DNA of 64,000 nucleotides, from assembly GCA_950097015.1 (NCBI GenBank), contig CATNEN010000029.1, positions 6,758,001 through 6,822,000 on the forward strand, in the 5' to 3' direction. This DNA is from Macrostomum hystrix (taxonomy: Eukaryota > Animalia > Platyhelminthes). The translations under genes and the position numbers were made by a program. A model generated the notes under the pieces. The model worked only from the letters and a program-made list of their open reading frames with translations. It ran no database searches and had not been told where the DNA came from. Shown piece by piece: positions 56,907-64,000 of the stretch; position 1 is the first letter of the stretch, and each line of letters starts with the position of its first letter.

Positions 56907-57690
56907 TCCTTCCCACAGATCCCTGTTATCAGAAAATTGTCGGGACACTCCTTCCCACAGATCCCTGTTATCAGAAAATTGTTGGGACACTCCTTCCCAC
57001 AGATCCCTGTTATCAGAAAATTGTTGGGACACTCCTTCCCACAGATCCCTGTTATCAGAAAATTGTTGGGACACTCCTTCCCACAGATCCCTGTTATCAG
57101 AAAATTGTTGGGACACTCCTTCCCACAGATCCCTGTTATCAGAAAATTGTTGGGACACTCCTTCCCACAGATCCCTGTTATCAGAACATTGTCGGGAAAC
57201 TCCTTCCCACAGATCCCTGTTATCAGAAAATTGTTGGGACACTCCTTCCCACAGATCCCTGTTATCAGAAAATTGTCGGGACATTCCTTCCCACAGATCC
57301 CTGTTATCAGAAAATTGTTGGGACACTCCTTCCCACAGATCCCTGTTATCAGAAAATGGTCGGGACACTCCTTCCCACAGATCCCTGTTATCAGAAAATT
57401 GTTAGGACATTCCTTCCCACCGATCCCTGTTATCAGAAAATTGTCGGGACATTCCTTCCCACAGATCCCTGTTATCAGAAAATTGTTAGGACACTCCTTC
57501 CCACCGATCCCTGTTATCAGAAAATTGTTAGGACATTCCTTCCCACAGATCCCTGTTATCAGAAAATTGTTAGGACATTCCTTCCCACAGATCCCTGTTA
57601 TCAGAAAATTGTTGGGACATTCCTTCCCACAGATCCCTGTTATCAGAAAATTGTTAGGACATTCCTTCCCACAGATCCCTGTTATCAGAA
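56907..57690. repeat. 42-bp minisatellite, ~18.5 units, downstream of the CYTH stop
   Basis: cttcccacagatccctgttatcagaaaattgttgggacactc repeated; source of three pseudo-ORFs. Confidence 0.96.
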
Positions 57691-58027
57691 CATTGTTACG
57701 ACCTTCGTTGTTCCTAAAACTTACCCTGCCTTATTTTGCTGTCGCGTGTTTTGTAATGTGCAATGTTTTGACTGCTCTTTTCTTTTCAACGGTTCTGTTG
57801 TTAGTCACAGCGATATAATAAAATTAATGAAATTAAGTTCATACCAGCATCAAATTTCAAGTATTCAACTGAATATGTCTCTGGTGATCATTTTTTAATT
57901 CAATGAACTTTCAGCCTCAGATTCGCAATATACTTTTTTATACTATGCTATACAATATTATACTATACTTTTTTATTCTGCAATGCAACTGCGTTTCAAA
58001 ATCATAGGACTCAATAAAAAGGTTGGT

Positions 58028-60850
58028 AGAATCTTAACCCCCAGAGCAGTCTTACTAGAATCTCATCCCCCAAAGCAGTCTTACTAGAATCTCATCCCCA
58101 GAGCAGTCTTACAAGAATCTCATTCCCCAGAGCAGTCTTACTAGAATCTCATCCCCCAAAGCAGTCTTACTAGAATCTCACCCGCAGAGCAGTCTTACTA
58201 GAATCTCATCCCCCAAAGCAGTCTTACTAGAATCTCATTCCCCAGAGCAGTCTTACTAGAATCTCAGCCCCCAGAGCAGTCTTACTAGAATCTTATCCCC
58301 AGAGCAGTCTTACTAGAATCTCATCCCCCAAAGCAGTCTTACTAGAATCTCATTCCCCAGAGCAGTCTTACTAGAATCTCAACCCCCAGAGCAGTCTTAC
58401 TAGAATCTCATCCCCCAAAGCAGTACTACAAAAATCTCATCCCCAGAGCAGTCTTACCAGAATCTCATCCCCCAAAGCAGTCTTACTAGAATCTCATCCC
58501 CCAGAGCAGTCTTACTAGAATCTCATCCCCCAAAGCAGTCTTACTAGAATCTCACCCGCAGAGCAGTCTTACTAGAATCTCAACCCCCAGAGCAGTCTTA
58601 CTAGAATCTCAACCCCCAAAGCAGTACTACAAAAATCTCATCCCCAGAGCAGTCTTACTAGAATCTCATCCCCCAAAGCAGTCTTACTAGAATCTCATCC
58701 CCAGAGCAGTCTTACAAGAATCTCATTCCCCAGAGCAGTCTTACTAGAATCTCATCCCCCAAAGCAGTCTTACTAGAATCTCACCCGCAGAGCAGTCTTA
58801 CTAGAATCTCATCCCCCAAAGCAGTCTTACTAGAATCTCATTCCCCAGAGCAGTCTTACTAGAATCTCAGCCCCCAGAGCAGTCTTACTAGAATCTTATC
58901 CCCAGAGCAGTCTTACTAGAATCTCAACCCCCAGAGCAGTCTTACTAGAATCTCATCCCCCAAAGCAGTACTACAAAAATCTCATCCCCAGAGCAGTCTT
59001 ACCAGAATCTCATCCCCCAAAGCAGTCTTACTAGAATCTCATTCCCCAGAGCAGTCTTACTAGAATCTCAACCCCCAGAGCAGTCTTACTAGAATCTCAT
59101 CCCCCAAAGCAGTACTACAAAAATCTCATCCCCAGAGCAGTCTTACCAGAATCTCATCCCCCAAAGCAGTCTTACTAGAATCTCATCCCCCAGAGCAGTC
59201 TTACTAGAATCTCATCCCCCAAAGCAGTCTTACTAGAATCTCACCCGCAGAGCAGTCTTACTAGAATCTCAACCCCCAGAGCAGTCTTACTAGAATCTCA
59301 ACCCCCAAAGCAGTACTACAAAAATCTCATCCCCAGAGCAGTCTTACTAGAATCTCATCCCCCAAAGCAGTACTACAAAAATCTCATCCCCAGAGCAGTC
59401 TTACTAGAATCTCATCCCCCAAAGCAGTACTACAAAAATCTCATCCCCAGAGCAGTCTTACTAGAATCTCATCCCCCAAAGCAGTCTTACTAGAATCTGA
59501 ACCCCCAGAGCAGTCTTACTAGAATCTCAACCCCCAAAAGCAGTCTTACTAGAATCTCAACCCCCAGAGCAGTCTTACTAGAATCTCATCCCCCAAAGCA
59601 GTACTACAAAAATCTCATCCCCAGAGCAGTCTTACTAGAATCTCATCCCCCAAAGCAGTACTACAAAAATCTCATCCCCCAAAGCAGTCTTACTAGAATC
59701 TCACCCCCAGAGCAGTCTTACTAGAATCTCATCCCCCAGAGCAGTCTTACTAGAATCTCATCCCCCAGAGCAGTCTTACTAGAATCTCATCCCCCAGAGC
59801 AGTCTTACTAGAATCTCATCCCCCAAAGCAGTACTACAAAAAACTCATCCCCAGAGCAGTCTTACTAGAATCTCATCCCCCAAAGCAGTCTTACTAGAAT
59901 CTGAACCCCCAGAGCAGTCTTACTAGAATCTCATCCCCCAAAGCAGTCTTACTAGAATCTCACCCCCAGAGCAGTCTTACTAGAATCTCATCCCCCAGAG
60001 CAGTCTTACTAGAATCTCATCCCCCAGAGCAGTCTTACTAGAATCTCATCCCCCAGAGCAGTCTTACTAGAATCTCATCCCCCAAAGCAGTACTACAAAA
60101 ATCTCATCCCCAGAGCATTCTTACTAGAGTCTCATCCCCCAAAGCAGTACTACAAAAATCTCATCCCCAGAGCAGTCTTACTAGAATCTCATCCCCCAAA
60201 GCAGTACTACAAAAATCTCATCCCCAAAGCAGTCTTACTTGAATCTCATCCCCCAAAGCAGTACTACAAAAATCTCATCCCCAGAGCAGTCTTACTAGAA
60301 TCTCATCCCCCAAAGCAGTACTACAAAAATCTCATCCCCAAAGCAGTCTTACTTGAATCTCATCCCCCAAAGCAGTACTACAAAAATCTCATCCCCAGAG
60401 CAGTCTTACTAGAATCTCATCCCCCAAAGCAGTCTTACTATAATCTCAACCCCCAGAGCAGTCTTACTATAATCTCAACCCCCAGAGCAGTCTTACTATA
60501 ATCTCAACCCCCAGAGCAGTCTTACTAGAATCTCAACCCCCAAAGCAGTACTACAAAAATCTCATCCCCAGAGCAGTCTTACTAGAATCTCATCCCCCAA
60601 AGCAGTACTACAAAAATCTCATCCCCAGAGCAGTCTTACTAGAATCTCATCCCCCAAAGCAGTCTTACTAGAATCTGAACCCCCAGAGCAGTCTTACTAG
60701 AATCTCATCCCCCAAAGCAGTCTTACTAGAATCTTATCCCCCAAAGCAGTCTTACTAGAATCTCATCCCCCAGAGATCTTACTAGAATCTCATCTCCCAG
60801 AGATCTTACTAGAATCTCATCCCCCAGAGCAGTCTCCTGAAATCTCAATC
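58028..60850. repeat. 28-29-bp satellite, ~98 units (cagagcagtcttactagaatctcatcccc), related to the CYTH intron 2 array
   Basis: Direct inspection; variant units recur 603 nt apart (58111/58714 and 58267/58870). Confidence 0.96.
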
Positions 60851-61269
60851 TAAGGCTTCATGCTATAAGCAAAGCCTACTCAATTTTCCCAGCATAATGG
60901 TTGTATGAACTCTAGAATGTCTGTGATTTCCACTATGGTCTTTAACACTGCGCAGGCTAACTACTAGAAAGAACTAATTAAATGTTAGCCTCTCATTAGC
61001 TTGCGCTCTCGTCACCAGTCGTGCTGACTGTGCGTCATACAGTCACCGAGTCACATGGGAATTCCTGCTCGCATTTTTCGCCTTTTGCGTACGCCTGGCT
61101 GGCAGTTGGCCCGCAATGCGCGTCTCCGCCACTGCTACGGAGAGAAATGTTGTTTGTGGGGCCAGTAAACATTGCATTCACTTTCTTCCGGCTGTGCGAA
61201 TAATATTAACGGGCTCGACATGCTGTTAGTGCCACTTGGCTTCTATACTTACTGCCCTTAGCTTAGGAA

Positions 61270-63832
61270 ATGACTTCAGAAGGTTACGACAGATTCAAAA
61301 TAGTGCTGCTAGGCGAGAGCTCCGTTGGCAAGACCTGTCTACTTCGGCGACTGGTGGATGAAACATTCACACCGCAAACTGTTAGCACAATTGGTGAGGC
61401 TTGTCTACTTTTCTAAAGAATCTGCTCAATCAGATTGTCTACTTTTCGATAGAATCTGCTCAATCAGATTGTCTACTTTTCTTTAGAATCTGCTCAATCA
61501 GATTGTCTACTTTTCTTTAGAATCTGCTCAATCAGATTGTCTACTTTTCTAAAGAATCTGCTCAATCAGATTGTCTACTTTTCTTTAGAATCTGCTCAAT
61601 CAGATTGTCTACTTTTCTTTAGAATCTGCTCAATCAGATTGTCTACTTTTCTTTAGAATCTGCTCAATCAGATTGTCTACTTTTCTTTAGAATCTGCTCA
61701 ATCAGATTGTCTACTTTTCTTTAGAATCTGCTCAATCAGATTGTCTACTTTTCTAAAGAATCTGCTCAATCAGATTTTCTACTTTTCTTTAGAATCTGCT
61801 CAATCAGATTGTCTACTTTTCTTTAGAATCTGCTCAATCAGATTGTCTACTTTTCTAAAGAATCTGCTCAATCAGATTGTCTACTTTTCTTTAGAATCTG
61901 CTCAATCAGATTGTCTACTTTTCTTTAGAATCTGCTCAATCAGATTGTCTACTTTTCTTTAGAATCTGCTCAATCAGATTGTCTACTTTTCTAAAGAATC
62001 TGCTCAATCAGATTGTCTACTTTTCTTTAGAATCTGCTCAATCAGATTGTCTACTTTTCTAAAGAATCTGCTCAATCAGATTTTCTACTTTTCTTTAGAA
62101 TCTGCTCAATCAGATTGTCTACTTTTCTAAAGAATCTGCTCAATCAGATTGTCTACTTTTTTTTAGAATCTGCTCAATCAGATTGTCTACTTCTTTATAG
62201 AATCTGCTCAATCAGATTGTCTACTTTTCTTTAGAATCTGCTCAATCAGATTGTCTACTTTTCTAAAGAATCTGCTCAATCAGATTGTCTACTTTTCTAA
62301 AGAATCTGCTCAATCAGATTGTCTACTTTTCTAAAGAATCTGCTCAATCAGATTGTCTACTTTTCGATAGAATCTGCTCAATCAGATTGTCTACTTTTCT
62401 ATAGACTCTGCTCACTCAGACTGTCATTTTTATGTTCTATATCAACTTGAAGAGCTATTGCTTTAAACTGAATTGTAGGAGTCGACTTCAGAAGAAAGAA
62501 GTTTATAATACACAACAGAGGCATTGAACTAGAAATCTGGTCAGTGAGAACTATGATAATGTTATGTGACTATAGACTTTTTTTTAATGTATTCTCCTAA
62601 ATGTTAGGGACACAGCTGGTCAAGAGAAGTTTCGGACCATAACTTCATTTCAATATCGAAACGCGAGGGTAAGGATCTGGACTTATGTACGTGTTTGTTA
62701 TGAATCGAAATGAAATAAAGTGTAGCATGAGATTGCGTTAATTGAATTCAGGGCATCCTGCTAGTCTACGATATCACCAATCGACTGTCATTTGAACGAA
62801 TGCGCAACTACTGGCTAAGAAGCATAAGCGAGGCAAGTTAAATTTATTTGGAATTAGATATTTTAGCATTGCTACTTACGCACAGTCAGTAGTTTAGTGC
62901 GCGCATCCAAAAGGCTAGACTTTCTGTGTTTAAATTATAAAATGAAAGGAAATTTCAGCACGCGGGAGAGGACCACCTGATTCCCGTGTTCCTGGCTGGC
63001 AACAAGCTCGACCTGGTCAATAATAGGCAGGTGTCGCACGCTGAAGGACATCAGGTAAGTCGGTTGATGCAGGAAGCGGTTGACAGACTGAAGCTTGAAT
63101 CCCCGAAGACTTCTAGTCCCATTGTTTGCCTGCCAGGGTAGTTTATTGTGAGTATAAGCGGCGTCAACCCGACTTATGTCTAGCCATACCAATCATCCAA
63201 GTTCTCCATTATTACCAGCTACAGCTAGCTGGCTTCCGTTCCGGTTTAGTTATCCCATGGATTATGCATGGAAGCACAGGGCGGTGGTTAAACATGCGGT
63301 AGAAAAAATGAGCAAACAGCTAAACAGCTCTCCGCTTCCGACTCAGTCACTTTGCGTAGAATTATGAAACTTTAGTACTCTTCGTTTTTTCTTAGTACAC
63401 TTTTATGATAATATATATACGCGAGAATGTTAGTTACGTGTCACCCGTTCAAAAAAACTGTAAAAGTACATCCGTTAACAGCAACTTAAGACCCGAAATT
63501 TGTTTTCTGACTTTTATATATTTTATAACCTACTTTCTCTGAAAGAACAAGTAAGCAGTAAAAGTACATCCATCACAACAACAACTTCCTCCTTTTTTAA
63601 CAGCGCATTACTTTCTTTTTTTTATCAGTACATCAGTAAGAAAGTGTACATTTATTGTACATCAATCACCTTCCATTTACGATGCGTCCAATTATACTTT
63701 TTCCATAAATGCTCATTGTAGGCGCATGTAAGCTGCAGTGCCTATGATTTCTTTGAGACCAGCTCAAAAACTGGCGAGAATGTGCAAGCCCTATTTTCTG
63801 CGCTGGCTGCCGCAATGTTCTCAACGTGGAAG
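61270..63832 (+). CDS. Rab-family small GTPase, 3'-incomplete. Exons 61270-61393, 62479-62539, 62608-62668, 62752-62832, 62959-63054, 63722-63832
   Basis: G1 GESSVGKT, effector TIGVDF, G3 IWDTAGQEKFRTIT, GILLVYDIT, G4 GNKLD, G5 FETSSK; exon phases compatible; intron 4 is GC-AG. Entirely absent from the ORF track. Confidence 0.93.
61400..62425. repeat. 34-bp minisatellite, ~30 units, filling Rab intron 1
   Basis: ctcaatcagattgtctacttttctttagaatctg repeated. Confidence 0.96.
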
Positions 63833-63871
63833 GTGAGTATTGCACTGTTATGCGCTATACTGTTATACCAC

Positions 63872-64000
63872 AGATTCTGGAAATCCTGGGATTCTGGGAA
63901 TCCTGAGGTTCCGGGAATCCAGAGATTCTGGAAATCCTGAGGTTCCGGGAATCCAGAGATTCTAGGAATCCAGAGATTCTAGGAATCCAGAGATTCTAGG
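63872..64000. repeat. gattct(a/g)ggaatcc-type repeat in Rab intron 6 (truncated by the window edge)
   Basis: Direct inspection; last units have a 17-nt period. Confidence 0.85.

Noticed and set aside
651-57898. Other long repetitive ORFs (RHENGRSV, QREWDRESGTE, MQSLLLQVRLGRG, LKLKGIM, RFMQILV, PTDPCYQKIV and similar)
   Set aside because: All are translations of minisatellites, open on several frames and strands, and many lie in introns of identified genes.
149-64000. CRISPR-like arrays
   Set aside because: Repeats are head-to-tail with no unique spacers, there are no cas genes, and the DNA is eukaryotic with spliceosomal introns.

Overview
Eukaryotic (animal) genomic DNA with GC/CAG-rich exons and introns and intergenic regions filled by about 24 families of 12-70 bp minisatellites. 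The style resembles a free-living flatworm such as Macrostomum, but that is an inference. 1-16.6 kb is a cluster of nine intact intronless tRNA-Arg(UCU) genes, one internally deleted copy and two relics. The intact and deleted copies alternate strand. The cluster is organised around an inverted duplication (arms ~0.7-6.8 kb and ~11.9-15.8 kb) and encloses a four-finger C2H2-type gene, its deleted paralogue and a three-exon polyQ gene absent from the ORF track. 18-64 kb holds spliced genes rebuilt by hand from splice sites: ALG12(+), a Rab11-FIP3/4-like coiled-coil gene(+), an otopetrin(-), PIGF(-), RPB6/POLR2F(-), a CyaB-type CYTH gene(+) and a Rab GTPase(+, runs off the window). Two tRNA-derived SINE families are present. 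Main observations: (1) several intronic arrays are tandem amplifications of the host gene's own splice sites, most clearly ~60 copies of an otopetrin exon/donor junction and a CYTH branch/acceptor; (2) a GAATC/GATTC core recurs in otherwise unrelated arrays; (3) a hammerhead-like core lies in one SINE family; (4) AG acceptors sit just upstream of most start codons, suggesting trans-splicing or operons; (5) the FIP gene has a tandem Rab11-binding-like motif; (6) ALG12, RPB6 and CYTH carry frameshifts that may be assembly errors. Most long ORFs in the supplied track are satellite artefacts.
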